Counted from the first letter of the stretch, positions 29,245-39,011 are shown. The stretch: DNA of 64,000 bases from an uncultured Gammaproteobacteria bacterium (GCA_964566925.1 CAZMIZ010000002.1:8647-72646); one strand, 5' to 3'. The notes: generated by a model not told the origin, from the sequence alone. Translations and numbers: made by a program.

Positions 29245-29726
29245 TGAAAACCCAAAACCTAAAACCTAAAACCCAAAACTTTGGCTTTACCTTAATTGAA
29301 CTTTTGGTCGTGATTTCCATTATTGGTATTCTCTCAGCCTTGATTTTGGTTAATTTTAATGCGGCTCGATCTCGGGCTCGTGATGCCCGACGAAAAGCGG
29401 AATTAGACCAGATAAAAAAGGCTCTTTTAATGTACTATAACGATCAAGCCCCCAGTCTTTATCCGGCTGATGGGGTTCTTGTTTTTGGGGAGACGTTTCA
29501 ACAGGGAGAAATGACCTACATGAGGGTTATCCCTGATGATCCGCTTACTCCTGACGCAGCTTATAATTATAGTCAAGTAGATTCTGGTCAGAATTTTTGC
29601 CTTTGGGCAACCCTCGAGAATTTGGCTGATAGCGATATTACTGCTTCGCAAGCGCGCTGTTCAACGCCTTGTAGTGGCGTTTCGGGAATAGATTCAGACA
29701 CCGACTATCTTGTTTGCGCGGATTAG
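29244..29726 (+). CDS. type IV prepilin-like protein with repeat-encoded leader
   Basis: MKTQNLKPKTQNFG|FTLIELLVVISIIG. TAATG stop/start overlap with the upstream gene. Confidence 0.75.
   Translation: MKTQNLKPKTQNFGFTLIELLVVISIIGILSALILVNFNAARSRARDARRKAELDQIKKALLMYYNDQAPSLYPADGVLVFGETFQQGEMTYMRVIPDDPLTPDAAYNYSQVDSGQNFCLWATLENLADSDITASQARCSTPCSGVSGIDSDTDYLVCAD
29247..29281 (+). repeat. heptanucleotide tandem repeat (AAAACCY)x4 plus one degenerate copy at the 5' end of a pilin gene
   Basis: aaaaccc aaaacct aaaacct aaaaccc aaaactt, starting at codon 2 of the pilin ORF. Confidence 0.9.
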
Positions 29727-29740
29727 CGAATTAAAAGGAG

Positions 29741-30178
29741 GTGAGAATGGAAAAAATTAAATCTGGCTTTACTCTGATTGAGATGTTAGTGGTGATTTCG
29801 ATTATCGGTATCCTGGCTTCACTCACTTTAGTCAGCTATACCGGGGCCCAAAGACAGACCAGAGATACCCAAAGAAGGAGTGATCTTAATCAATATCGTA
29901 ATGCCCTTGAAGGTTATGCTGCCTCTAATAGCGGTCTTTACCCGGCGGCTTCTGCTGGAGACGCCGACGACATTTGTGGGACAGGCAATCCTTTAGAAGA
30001 TTATATGAGTGATTGCCCGATCGATCCTATTGGTGGAACTGGTTATGGTTATCAATATTGGTCTGATGGGGCTGATTACACTCTTTGGGGGGCCTTGGAA
30101 ACTGGTGATTATTGGAAGATTTGCTCAAACGGAAAAAGCGGTAAATCAACCAGTGATAGCAGTACCTGTGACTTATGA
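29741..30178 (+). CDS. type IV prepilin-like protein
   Basis: MRMEKIKSG|FTLIEMLVVISIIGILA. Confidence 0.75.
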   Translation: MRMEKIKSGFTLIEMLVVISIIGILASLTLVSYTGAQRQTRDTQRRSDLNQYRNALEGYAASNSGLYPAASAGDADDICGTGNPLEDYMSDCPIDPIGGTGYGYQYWSDGADYTLWGALETGDYWKICSNGKSGKSTSDSSTCDL

Positions 30179-30573
30179 AAAACAAAGGCTTTACTCTCAT
30201 TGAACTTTTGGTGGTGATGACCATTATCGCCCTTCTTTTGGGGTTGTCTTTGGTTTCTTATCAGGGCGCCAGAAAAGTAGCTCGAGACGGCCAGAGAAAA
30301 GCCGACTTAGAAGAAATTAGAAGCGCTTTAGAGATGTGTCGGACGGACACAGGCAGTTATCCTGGTTCTCTTAGTTCTGGCAGTCCCCTAACCTGCGGTG
30401 GTGAAACTTATTTAGATGAAGTCCCCAGTGACCCCCTTTCGGGCAGGCAATACGCTTATAGTGGCAGTGCTGACAGTTATAGCCTTTATGCCGCCCTAGA
30501 AATTGACACCGGTGATTCTTACTCAGGTGACTGTGGCGATGCCACCTGTAATTATCAAGTCACTAATCCTTAA
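30175..30573 (+). CDS. type IV prepilin-like protein
   Basis: MKNKG|FTLIELLVVMTIIA. ATGA overlap with the upstream gene. Confidence 0.75.
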   Translation: MKNKGFTLIELLVVMTIIALLLGLSLVSYQGARKVARDGQRKADLEEIRSALEMCRTDTGSYPGSLSSGSPLTCGGETYLDEVPSDPLSGRQYAYSGSADSYSLYAALEIDTGDSYSGDCGDATCNYQVTNP

Positions 30574-30577
30574 ATGC

Positions 30578-31063
30578 ATGCGAAAATCCTGTTCCGGCTT
30601 TACCTTAATTGAGCTTCTAATCTCGTTTTCCATCATCGCTGTTATTTTTGGTCTTGGCCTGGCCAAATATAACCAATTTAACCGGCGCCAAATTGTAATT
30701 CAGGCCGCTAACGAATTGAAAAGCAATCTTCGTTTGACTCAAGGAAGGGCAATTAATGGCGAGAAGGATTGTGCTGTTTGTCAAGTGGGACCAGAGTGTG
30801 GCGATAGTGATGACTTGGCCCTTGAGGGATGGTACATCAGTTTTACCGCTGATAGTTATCAGGTTTATGGTCAATGTGGCGGACTCTCCTTCTCCTCTAA
30901 AACAACTAATTTAGGAGGACGACAGATTACCCTTTCTTCTACCGTTAACCCGATCTGGTTCAAACCATTAGGTTTAGGAGTTGGGGAAGGGGGGGCGATC
31001 ACTCTTACTGCCTTTGGTATAGAGGAGACGATTGTTGTTAGTCAATCAGGGGAAATCTACTGA
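30578..31063 (+). CDS. prepilin-like minor pilin
   Basis: MRKSCSG|FTLIELLISFSIIAV. The internal ATG at 30578 was chosen over the longer tracked ORF. Confidence 0.65.
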   Translation: MRKSCSGFTLIELLISFSIIAVIFGLGLAKYNQFNRRQIVIQAANELKSNLRLTQGRAINGEKDCAVCQVGPECGDSDDLALEGWYISFTADSYQVYGQCGGLSFSSKTTNLGGRQITLSSTVNPIWFKPLGLGVGEGGAITLTAFGIEETIVVSQSGEIY

Positions 31064-31064
31064 A

Positions 31065-31475
31065 ATGAGGCTTTTATCTAAAGAAAAAGGCCAATCATTA
31101 ATTGAGGTTTTAGCGGCCTTAGCCGTTGCTTTAGTGGTTATTTTGGGTTTAGTCCGGGTGACGATTTCTTCCATGACTAACGCTCGCTATGCCAAAAATC
31201 AATCTCTGGCCACTCAGTATGCTCAAGAAGCAATGGAAGAAGCAAGAGCTTATCGCGACCAAAATTCCTGGGAAACATTTTGGAGCGATAAAGTTCCCTC
31301 AACTGAGGGGCCCACGGACATAGATACCATTTTTTCAAAAACAGTCACCTATGAAAACGCAGAGACCAGTTTGGGGGCCGAAGACAGAGCAGAAATAACG
31401 GCCACGATTACCTGGTTAGATGGTGTTAAAACACATGAGTCAGAACTGACCAGCTATTTAACAAAGTGGGAGTAA
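31065..31475 (+). CDS. prepilin-like minor pilin
   Basis: MRLLSKEKG|QSLIEVLAALAVALVV. Start at the ATG at 31065, directly after the upstream stop. Confidence 0.6.
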   Translation: MRLLSKEKGQSLIEVLAALAVALVVILGLVRVTISSMTNARYAKNQSLATQYAQEAMEEARAYRDQNSWETFWSDKVPSTEGPTDIDTIFSKTVTYENAETSLGAEDRAEITATITWLDGVKTHESELTSYLTKWE

Positions 31476-31477
31476 GA

Positions 31478-31945
31478 ATGAGAAAATCTGGTTATACCTT
31501 AATTGAAATCTTAATCGTCATTGGGATTTTGGGAATAGTGGCGGTGATCGGGTCAAATATGTTTTTTGCCATTCTTAGAAACACCGCCAAGAGTCAGGTT
31601 TTAGCGGAAGTGAAACAAAACGGCAATTATGCTCTTTCGATCATGAGTCGGATGATTAGAAATGCTAGAAGTGTTGATGCTTGTCCGGGAGATTCAATTA
31701 CGATCACCAATCCCGATAGAGAGACGACTACTTTTTCCTGCGAGGGAGCGAGGATTGCCTCTAATAGTGGGGTTTTTCTGACCAGCGATAAGGTTTTATC
31801 GTCAGCCTGCAATTTTTCCTGCACAGAAACAACCCCCGAAACAGTAACCGTTTCCTTTACTCTCACTCAAGCCAGTGGAGAGGAAAGAGTTGAAGAAAAA
31901 GCGACCCTTGATTTTAAAACAACAGTTTCTTTAAGAACTTACTAG
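31478..31945 (+). CDS. prepilin-like minor pilin
   Basis: MRKSG|YTLIEILIVIGILG. RBS AAGTGGGAG upstream of the ATG at 31478. Confidence 0.65.
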   Translation: MRKSGYTLIEILIVIGILGIVAVIGSNMFFAILRNTAKSQVLAEVKQNGNYALSIMSRMIRNARSVDACPGDSITITNPDRETTTFSCEGARIASNSGVFLTSDKVLSSACNFSCTETTPETVTVSFTLTQASGEERVEEKATLDFKTTVSLRTY

Positions 31946-31994
31946 GAAGCGGAAGGGTTGACTTTCCTTCTCTTTCAAGTTTACAATTAAATCA

Positions 31995-32876
31995 ATGAGA
32001 AAATCTGCCCAGCAATCTGGCCAGGCCCCAAAGTTGTGTCGACATACTTCGGGGCAGGCTCTTTTAATCGTTCTCCTGGTGATGGCCGTTGGTTTAACAA
32101 TTGCCCTTTCTATTGTTTCCCGTTCAGTTACAGATATTCGGATTTCTCAAGAGGAAGAAGAATCCGCCCGGGCTTTTTCTGCCGCTGAAGCGGGCATTGA
32201 AGAGTCATTGCGTGCCGGTTCGGCCACAGAGGTCACCTTAGAAGGAATTACGGCTCGAGTGACCGAGACTAGTCGAGGTGCGGGCACGAGTTTTGTCTTT
32301 GAAGAACCAGTGGACGAGAATGAAATCCAAACCATTTGGCTCGTCGGTCATGATAGCGATGGCAATTTTGATACTGACACCACTTATGACGGTGATCAAA
32401 TCTGGCTTTACTGGGGAAATGAGGGCTCAGGAACCGGTGACGGCAATTGTAGTGGCAATCCGGTGCCTGCCCTTGAAGCAGCGATCATCTATGATAATGG
32501 CGGTTTTAAAATAAACAGATACGCTTCTGATCCCGACGGAACCAGAGCGACTAACTGTAATAAATTTAATTCTAGCGTTGAGGTCGGCATTTTTTCCTTA
32601 GGAGGGAACGATTTCAATTATCGGAAGACCATTGATCTCCCCTCGGGAACAAAATATGCTTTACGTCTGAGACTTTTGTATAACGATGAACCTCACCTTC
32701 TAGGCGTCCAGGCGATTGGAGGCGATGTCAATTTTCCTGCCCAGGGTAAATGTTATGAATCAACGGCGACGGCTCCTTCAGGGATAACGCGCAAAGTCAG
32801 ACAATGCCAATCCTTTCCGGCGCCAGCGGCAACTTTTGATTACGTTTTGTTTTCAGGAAGTGATTTAACCAAATAG
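31995..32876 (+). CDS. pilus-associated protein (PilX-like minor pilin or tip candidate)
   Basis: N-terminal ...SGQALLIVLLVMAVGLTIALSIV hydrophobic segment after a short leader. A 293-aa extracellular part with no further motif. Confidence 0.5.
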   Translation: MRKSAQQSGQAPKLCRHTSGQALLIVLLVMAVGLTIALSIVSRSVTDIRISQEEEESARAFSAAEAGIEESLRAGSATEVTLEGITARVTETSRGAGTSFVFEEPVDENEIQTIWLVGHDSDGNFDTDTTYDGDQIWLYWGNEGSGTGDGNCSGNPVPALEAAIIYDNGGFKINRYASDPDGTRATNCNKFNSSVEVGIFSLGGNDFNYRKTIDLPSGTKYALRLRLLYNDEPHLLGVQAIGGDVNFPAQGKCYESTATAPSGITRKVRQCQSFPAPAATFDYVLFSGSDLTK

Positions 32877-32887
32877 AGAGCTGCTCT

Positions 32888-33919
32888 ATGAAAATCTTTG
32901 GCCTCGATATCGGTTCTCACACTCTTAAGGTAGCCCAAGTAGAAAAAGCTGGCAACCAATACAGGTTAGTGGCTTTAGGAATGAGCCCTGCTCCAGCCGG
33001 AGGGATCCTTTCCGAGGCAGTCAATGACCAAACTCAACTTTCGGAGGCAATCAAAAAGCTTAAATCTGAGGCAAAAATTACAACTAACAACGTTGCTGCC
33101 GCTCTTCCTGAAGATAAAATTTTTACGCGAGTGATTGAAATGCCTCTGTTAAAAGAGGATGAGCTCGAGTCGGCGATTAAATGGGAAGCAGAACAATATA
33201 TACCTCTACCTCTTGACGAAGTTACTCTTGATTATCAAATTGCCTCGATGCCCGACCAGAAAGCAAGCCAGGAAAAGAAAATGGAAGTTTTATTGGTAGC
33301 CTCACCGAAACAGTTAATTGATAGATACCTCAAAGTTCTAGAAGGAGCTGGATTACGACCGGCTAGCTTAGAAACGGAGATTATTGCGATTGCCAGAAGT
33401 GTGGCTCCGCCCGACTCAACCCCAGTTTTAGTGGTTGATCTTGGGGCTAGAGCTACAGATATGGCTATTGTCGACAAAGGCCAGATTGTTTTTACCCGTT
33501 CGATTGGGACAGCTGGCGAAGCTTTGACTCGGGCTGTCGCTACCGAATTAAAGCTTGAGCCAGGGCAGGCAGAAGAATACAAGAAAGCCTATGGGGTTGA
33601 TCCAAAACAGCTTGAGGGGAAAGTTAAGGGGGCCATCGGACCAATTCTTGACGTGGTGGTTAAAGAAATGGAAAAAGCCCTTGAGTTTTATCGTTCAAGA
33701 CATAAGGAAACACCGGTCAGTCGAGCCGTTCTTACCGGAGGGACGGCGGGTTTACCAGAGGTAGTTTCCTTGATCGCTCAGAAACTAGGCATAGAAGCTC
33801 AACTGGCTGACCCCTTCACTCGCCTTATTAAAGAAGGTGAAATTTTAGCAAAATTGCCTGAAGGAACCAGCCCTCTTTATGCCATCGCGATGGGCCTAGC
33901 TCTTAAAGAGGTAAGCTGA
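32888..33919 (+). CDS. pilM: type IV pilus assembly protein PilM (actin-like ATPase fold)
   Basis: MKIFGLDIGSHTLKVAQVE... and the overall length. Confidence 0.85.
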   Translation: MKIFGLDIGSHTLKVAQVEKAGNQYRLVALGMSPAPAGGILSEAVNDQTQLSEAIKKLKSEAKITTNNVAAALPEDKIFTRVIEMPLLKEDELESAIKWEAEQYIPLPLDEVTLDYQIASMPDQKASQEKKMEVLLVASPKQLIDRYLKVLEGAGLRPASLETEIIAIARSVAPPDSTPVLVVDLGARATDMAIVDKGQIVFTRSIGTAGEALTRAVATELKLEPGQAEEYKKAYGVDPKQLEGKVKGAIGPILDVVVKEMEKALEFYRSRHKETPVSRAVLTGGTAGLPEVVSLIAQKLGIEAQLADPFTRLIKEGEILAKLPEGTSPLYAIAMGLALKEVS

Positions 33920-34462
33920 ATGGAAAAAGGAATCAATCTTCTTCGAGCAAAGGAAAAAGTTTCAGAAAAAGAAATCAAGCTTAGACGATTCTCACAAGTG
34001 GGAAGCAGCCTTCTTCTAATTATTTATATTTTAATTTTAGGCAGTGCTTTTTCCTTTTTGGTTATCCAACAAAGAGAAGCGAGCGTCGTCGGGGACAAAA
34101 TCAAACAAACAGAAACCAAAATTAAAAGCCTCAAGAGCACAGAGTCTTTACAAGTTGCCCTTGGGGAGAGATTAAAAGTACTGAACTCCATTTTTAAAAA
34201 TCAAGGGCTTGATTATAAAGAAGCTCTGTCAGTCCTTGAGCAATTGACCCCATCAGGAGTGGTTTTATCGAATTTTGATCTAACAAAAGAAGGAGAAATT
34301 GCCGTTTCGGGTTTGGCGGACACCTCTTTAAGCCTAGGAGAGTTCTTGGTCAATCTGGTCGCCTCGGAAAAAAATTTAGAAAATATTACTCTCTCATCGG
34401 TCAAACGTACCGAGGGGGGCAATTATGATTTCAGTTTAAAATTGCTATTTGCATCAATTTAA
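33920..34462 (+). CDS. pilN: PilN-like pilus assembly protein
   Basis: Single N-terminal TM segment then a coiled-coil periplasmic domain, positioned after pilM. Confidence 0.6.
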   Translation: MEKGINLLRAKEKVSEKEIKLRRFSQVGSSLLLIIYILILGSAFSFLVIQQREASVVGDKIKQTETKIKSLKSTESLQVALGERLKVLNSIFKNQGLDYKEALSVLEQLTPSGVVLSNFDLTKEGEIAVSGLADTSLSLGEFLVNLVASEKNLENITLSSVKRTEGGNYDFSLKLLFASI

Positions 34463-34463
34463 A

Positions 34464-35189
34464 ATGAAAAAGACTGATCTCAAATTAATCCTGACTAGAT
34501 ATCGCCCCTTTTTCTTCCCTCTTTTAATTGGTCTGGCTATTTTAATTCTTACCATAACCTTATTGATTCCCAAAATAACCCAAATTTTTGAATTAAGACA
34601 GGACCTTTCTAAGGAAAAAGCAAGATTGGCTAAACTCACCCAAAAGTTAGCCGAGCTTAATGGGTTAGATGATAACGAACTGACCACTAAAGCGACTTTG
34701 ATGGTGGTTGCTTTACCTGCGGAAAAGGACGTGCCCTTGATTTTAGCTACTCTTTCCAGTTTAGGAAAAGAGACAGGAATGGAGGTTGAAAACGTTAAGG
34801 TTTCTCCAGGTGAGCTTTCAACGGAGTCTGGGAAAATAAAAAAGAAAGAGAAGGGAGAAGAAACGCCCACTCTTCCTTTTGAAGTTTTAGCTAAGGGGAC
34901 AATGGAATCGCTGAAAAATTTTTTGAATCGATTAGGATCGACCATTCCGGTGATGCGAGTTGAAAGCGCTTCTCTCTCTTTTGAAGAAGGAGAATGGCAA
35001 GCAAAAATCTCTCTTGACACTTTTTTTCTGTCACTACCGAAAACCTTAGGGGCAGTTGAAACTCCTTTGGCCGAAATTACTCCCGAGGAAGAGCTTATTT
35101 ACAAAAGGATTGAAAAATATCGAGCTCCGGCAATTGAAGGCGATTTACCTTCTGTGGGTACAGGCAAGGAAGACCCCTTTTCTTTTTAG
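34464..35189 (+). CDS. pilO: PilO-like pilus assembly protein
   Basis: Single TM segment plus coiled coil, positioned after pilN. ATG at 34464 directly after the pilN stop. An alternative TTG start lies at 34449. Confidence 0.55.
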   Translation: MKKTDLKLILTRYRPFFFPLLIGLAILILTITLLIPKITQIFELRQDLSKEKARLAKLTQKLAELNGLDDNELTTKATLMVVALPAEKDVPLILATLSSLGKETGMEVENVKVSPGELSTESGKIKKKEKGEETPTLPFEVLAKGTMESLKNFLNRLGSTIPVMRVESASLSFEEGEWQAKISLDTFFLSLPKTLGAVETPLAEITPEEELIYKRIEKYRAPAIEGDLPSVGTGKEDPFSF

Positions 35190-35468
35190 TTAACTTTCTT
35201 TTTTCTTAACTTTTTCTTCTTCATCAATTAACTGGACGTCAATCCTTTTTCCTTTTTCGAAAGCTTGAAGTCTAATCAAATTACGAATTGCCTGAATTGT
35301 TTTTCCCTCTTTGCCAATGATCAGGCCTAAATCTTTTGGATCCACTTTTAGTTTGAAAATAGAGAGATTTTCGGATTGATCGCAGATTACTTTAACGGCA
35401 GCGGGATTATCTACCAGCGATTTAGCGATATATTCGAGAAGTTTCTTCTTAGCGTCAAGCTTAGGCAT
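35190..35468 (-). CDS. KH-domain RNA-binding protein (YlqC-like)
   Basis: IGKEGKTIQAIRNL is the KH GXXG motif. Its ATG overlaps the rpsP stop by 8 nt, so start 35468 was chosen over the longer tracked ORF. Confidence 0.7.
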   Translation of the reverse strand: MPKLDAKKKLLEYIAKSLVDNPAAVKVICDQSENLSIFKLKVDPKDLGLIIGKEGKTIQAIRNLIRLQAFEKGKRIDVQLIDEEEKVKKKES

Positions 35469-35697
35469 GGCTTTTTTGAATAAGTCGTCGAACTGCCTGA
35501 GTGGGTTGGGCACCTTGAGCAAGCCAATGCTGGTAGCGGGCTTCATTAATTTTTACAGTTGGCGGGCTAGTTTGAGGATTGTAAAAACCAAGTCTCTCAA
35601 TAACCACACTCTCTCTCTTCCGACGGCTGTCGGTGGCGACAATGCGATAATTCGGCTGATGCTTTTTGCCGGTTCTTGCCAATCTTATTTTAACCAT
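35461..35697 (-). CDS. rpsP: 30S ribosomal protein S16
   Basis: MVKIRLARTGKKHQPNYRIVATDSRRKRES. Confidence 0.9.
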   Translation of the reverse strand: MVKIRLARTGKKHQPNYRIVATDSRRKRESVVIERLGFYNPQTSPPTVKINEARYQHWLAQGAQPTQAVRRLIQKSHA

Positions 35698-35710
35698 CTT
35701 CTTAATTCTA

Positions 35711-36403
35711 TCATCCCTTTTTCAACTTCTCAAGGGCGATTTTGGCGGCTTGTTGCTCCGCTTCCTGTTTGCTGGTTCCCTTTCCTTGAGCCAAGATTTT
35801 TCTTTTAAGGTAGACACCCACCACAAAAGTTCGGGCATGAGCTGGTCCGAGAGTCTTGAGAGTTTGGTATTTTGGTGCTTCTTTTGTTCTTGCCTGAAGC
35901 TGTTCCTGAAGAGTACTTTTATAGTCTTTGGTTATAGGTTTTCTGGTAAACTTCTCTATTAGAGAAAAGAATTCCTTTTCGATGAATTTCTCTACAACCT
36001 CGATTCCCTGATCAAGATAAATTGCTCCGATCAGGGCTTCAACAGAATTGGCCAAGAGAGATGGCTTCTTTTTCCCACCCGACTCTTCCTCTCCTTTTCC
36101 CATAATCAAGTAATTGCCCAGGTTTAATTTTTGGGCGATTCGGGCCAAAGAAGTAGTTCTGACAATTTTTGATCTTAAGTTGGTTAGATCACCCTCTTGG
36201 TAGCAAGAAAATCGATCATAAAGAAAGGTCGAGATAACAGAAGAAAGAATGGCATCGCCCAGAAATTCCAGCCTTTCATTCGAGGATAAGTGGCTTTCAG
36301 GATTTTCGTTAAGGAAGGAGCGGTGGATAAAAGATTGGGTTAAGAGCGCTTTATTTTTAAAATTTACTCCCAGAGATTTTTCTAGCCGGTTAAGATTTTT
36401 CAT
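35711..36403 (-). CDS. rnc: ribonuclease III
   Basis: ERLEFLGDAILSSVIS signature and a C-terminal dsRBD. Confidence 0.9.
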   Translation of the reverse strand: MKNLNRLEKSLGVNFKNKALLTQSFIHRSFLNENPESHLSSNERLEFLGDAILSSVISTFLYDRFSCYQEGDLTNLRSKIVRTTSLARIAQKLNLGNYLIMGKGEEESGGKKKPSLLANSVEALIGAIYLDQGIEVVEKFIEKEFFSLIEKFTRKPITKDYKSTLQEQLQARTKEAPKYQTLKTLGPAHARTFVVGVYLKRKILAQGKGTSKQEAEQQAAKIALEKLKKG

Positions 36404-36762
36404 TTTTTCCCTTTTAAGACTGAACCAAGGACACCATTGACAAAACTGGCACTTTTTTCACTTCCATATTTTTTTGCCAGCTCAATTGCTTCATCAATAA
36501 TTACCTTAGGTGGTTCTCGGTGTTCAATGATTAACTCAAAAATTGCTAAGCGCAGGATAGCCAGATCAATTCGGTTAATTTGAGCAATTGGCCATTCAGG
36601 AGCACAGCGGCTGATAGTTTTATCAATCTTCCCCCTGACGGCCAACACCTTTTGGGCCAAGTGATTTTTAATCTTTTCTCCTGTTTTTGAAAATCCCCAG
36701 GCATAAAGCGCCTTAATTGCTTTTTTTCTTCTTATGTGGCGCGGATCAGAAGCAACCTTCAA
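36400..36762 (-). CDS. nusB: transcription antitermination factor NusB
   Basis: RRKKAIKALY..., SASFVNGVLG. Confidence 0.8.
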   Translation of the reverse strand: MKVASDPRHIRRKKAIKALYAWGFSKTGEKIKNHLAQKVLAVRGKIDKTISRCAPEWPIAQINRIDLAILRLAIFELIIEHREPPKVIIDEAIELAKKYGSEKSASFVNGVLGSVLKGKK

Positions 36763-36765
36763 TGT

Positions 36766-36963
36766 TTATTCCTTTTTCTTTTTAGCCACTTTCTCCTTCG
36801 TCACTTGGACGCCCTTATATTGGCCACAGTGAAGACAGACGGCATGGGGAAGTTTTTTCTGACCACAGTGAGGACAGGTGATGAGGGACGGAGGGCTAAA
36901 TTTAATCGCTGACCGTCGTCTCCCCTTTCTTCCAGTTGAATGTTTTCTTTTAGGAAGAGCCAT
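36766..36963 (-). CDS. rpmF: 50S ribosomal protein L32
   Basis: MALPKRKHSTGRKGRRRS... and a CxxC...CxxC motif. Confidence 0.85.
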   Translation of the reverse strand: MALPKRKHSTGRKGRRRSAIKFSPPSLITCPHCGQKKLPHAVCLHCGQYKGVQVTKEKVAKKKKE

Positions 36964-36971
36964 AAAATTTT

Positions 36972-39011
36972 CTAGTTTGGTTCGATCGCTTTAATTGTAT
37001 CTCTTTCTAGCTTCACTTTCAAGAGGGGGTGTTTTTTTAAGTTGGGATCTTGATTAGTTAGATTGGAGGCAGCTTTTTTGGTTGCTTTAATTAATGGCAG
37101 GTCGTTAAAAGAAGCCATTTTAAGATCCAAAAAACCATGCTGCTTTGTGCCGTAGATTTCTCCTGGACCTCTTAATTCTAAGTCCATTTCGGCGAGTTTC
37201 ATGCCAATGTTTGTTTTTTCCAAAGCCTTAAGACGCCTGACAATTTTCTTACCAAGGAGTTCAGTGAAAAGAAGGCAGTATGATTGTTTTGAACTTCGCC
37301 CTACCCGTCCCCGTAACTGATGAAGTTGAGCCAGGCCAAACCTATCTGCTCCTTCGACCATCATGATTGTGGCTGTAGGGATGTCAATCCCCACCTCGAC
37401 GACCGGAGTGGAAACTAAAATGTCTAACTTACCATCTTTAAATTTTCCTAGAACCGCATTTTTTTCTTTGCTTTTTAGCCGGCCATGGAGGAGGCCAAGT
37501 TTAAGATCAGGAAAAATTCTTTTTTGGAGCTCCTGGAATTCAGTCGTTACTGCTTTGACCGATTGGAGAGTTTCAGAAGTTGATTCTTCGATGAGGGGGC
37601 AAATAATAAAAGCCTGGTTTTCATTTCCTTTTATCTGTTCCCGGATCCACTGGTAGGCTGATTCTCTTTTTTGATGAGGAACCACCCAAGTTTTTACTTG
37701 TTGCCTCCCGGGAGGCAGTTCATCAATAAGAGAGAGATCTAAATCGCCATACAAGGCGAGGGCGATGGTCCGAGGTATAGGAGTGGCGGTCATCGTTAAA
37801 ATGTGAGGAGCCTCCCCTTTTTTGATTAATTTGGCTCGTTGTTCGACGCCGAAGCGATGTTGTTCATCAATCACGGCCAAGCCGAGCTTAGTAAATTTGG
37901 CTCTTTTATGAATTAAGGCGTGAGTCCCGATAATAAGATCGAACTTTTGAGTTTTTCTTCTTTGGCTACCAGTAAGGAGCTCTACCTGAACTCCTAGAGG
38001 TTTTAGAAGCTGTTCAAGGGTACAATAGTGTTGACTGGCCAAAATCTCGGTGGGGGCCATTAAGGCCGATTGCACCCCATTAAGATGAGCAATATAGATA
38101 GCCAGAGCAGCGACTACCGTTTTCCCACTCCCTACGTCTCCTTCGAGGAGGCGGTTCATCGGTTGTTCTTTTTTTAAATCAACTAAAATTTCTCGAGTGA
38201 CTCGCTTTTGAGCTCGGGTGAGTTCAAAAGGGAGCTGATGAAGAAAGTTCAGAACCTCTTTTTGATTGACAAAAAATTTGTAGGCCAGTTTTTTCTTTTC
38301 CCATTCTTTTTTACGCATCAAAGAGGCTAACTGAATGAGGAAGAGTTCATCAAAAGCCAAGCGATTTTGGGCTATTTTAGCTTCTTGGTGTGTTTTTGGA
38401 AAATGAATTTGCTCAATTGCCATAGAAAGGTCAATGAGATTATTATTTTTCCTTGTTTTTGATGGCAAAAAATCCTCAATTTCAGGCAAAACTTGCTTTA
38501 AAAGCGGGGCGATTCGAGAGCGGAGCCATTTAGAAGAAATACCTGAAGTTTCGTGATAGACAGGCACTAGTCTGCCGGTATGAATTGTTTTCCGACTAGC
38601 GGAAGGGTTTTTTTGAATTTCATATTCAGGGGAAATTAAAACAATCTTTCGGCCAAACCAATCAGCTTTACCCGACAGGCTAATTTTCATTCCTGGCCTG
38701 ATGGTTTTGATTAAAAAGGGTTGGTTGAACCAAACAGCCTCAATTTCTCCTGACTGATCGCCTATTCTGGCTTTTTGGATTTTTTTTCCTCGACTGGTGT
38801 ATTCATTTTTGATTGATAAAACTTGAGCTTTAACAGTGACGATTTCGCTTGGCTGGATTTTTCTTATTGGCGAGACTAAAGAATAATCAATATAGCGGAA
38901 GGGGAAATGATACAAAAGATCTTCAGCCGTTTCAATTTCCAAGCGTTTTAGTCGCCGGGCATAGGTTGGCCCGACCATAAAAAGTTTTTCTACTGGCGTG
39001 GCAAGATCCAT
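36972..39011 (-). CDS. recG: ATP-dependent DNA helicase RecG
   Basis: Wedge domain then helicase motifs GDVGSGKT, DEQHRFG and the QLRGRVGR arginine finger. Confidence 0.9.
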   Translation of the reverse strand: MDLATPVEKLFMVGPTYARRLKRLEIETAEDLLYHFPFRYIDYSLVSPIRKIQPSEIVTVKAQVLSIKNEYTSRGKKIQKARIGDQSGEIEAVWFNQPFLIKTIRPGMKISLSGKADWFGRKIVLISPEYEIQKNPSASRKTIHTGRLVPVYHETSGISSKWLRSRIAPLLKQVLPEIEDFLPSKTRKNNNLIDLSMAIEQIHFPKTHQEAKIAQNRLAFDELFLIQLASLMRKKEWEKKKLAYKFFVNQKEVLNFLHQLPFELTRAQKRVTREILVDLKKEQPMNRLLEGDVGSGKTVVAALAIYIAHLNGVQSALMAPTEILASQHYCTLEQLLKPLGVQVELLTGSQRRKTQKFDLIIGTHALIHKRAKFTKLGLAVIDEQHRFGVEQRAKLIKKGEAPHILTMTATPIPRTIALALYGDLDLSLIDELPPGRQQVKTWVVPHQKRESAYQWIREQIKGNENQAFIICPLIEESTSETLQSVKAVTTEFQELQKRIFPDLKLGLLHGRLKSKEKNAVLGKFKDGKLDILVSTPVVEVGIDIPTATIMMVEGADRFGLAQLHQLRGRVGRSSKQSYCLLFTELLGKKIVRRLKALEKTNIGMKLAEMDLELRGPGEIYGTKQHGFLDLKMASFNDLPLIKATKKAASNLTNQDPNLKKHPLLKVKLERDTIKAIEPN

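Noticed and set aside
27637-29281. CRISPR array as an explanation for the short tandem repeats in the pilus region
   Set aside because: Units are only 7 nt, perfectly tandem with no spacers, and lie inside intact CDSs. No cas genes are adjacent.
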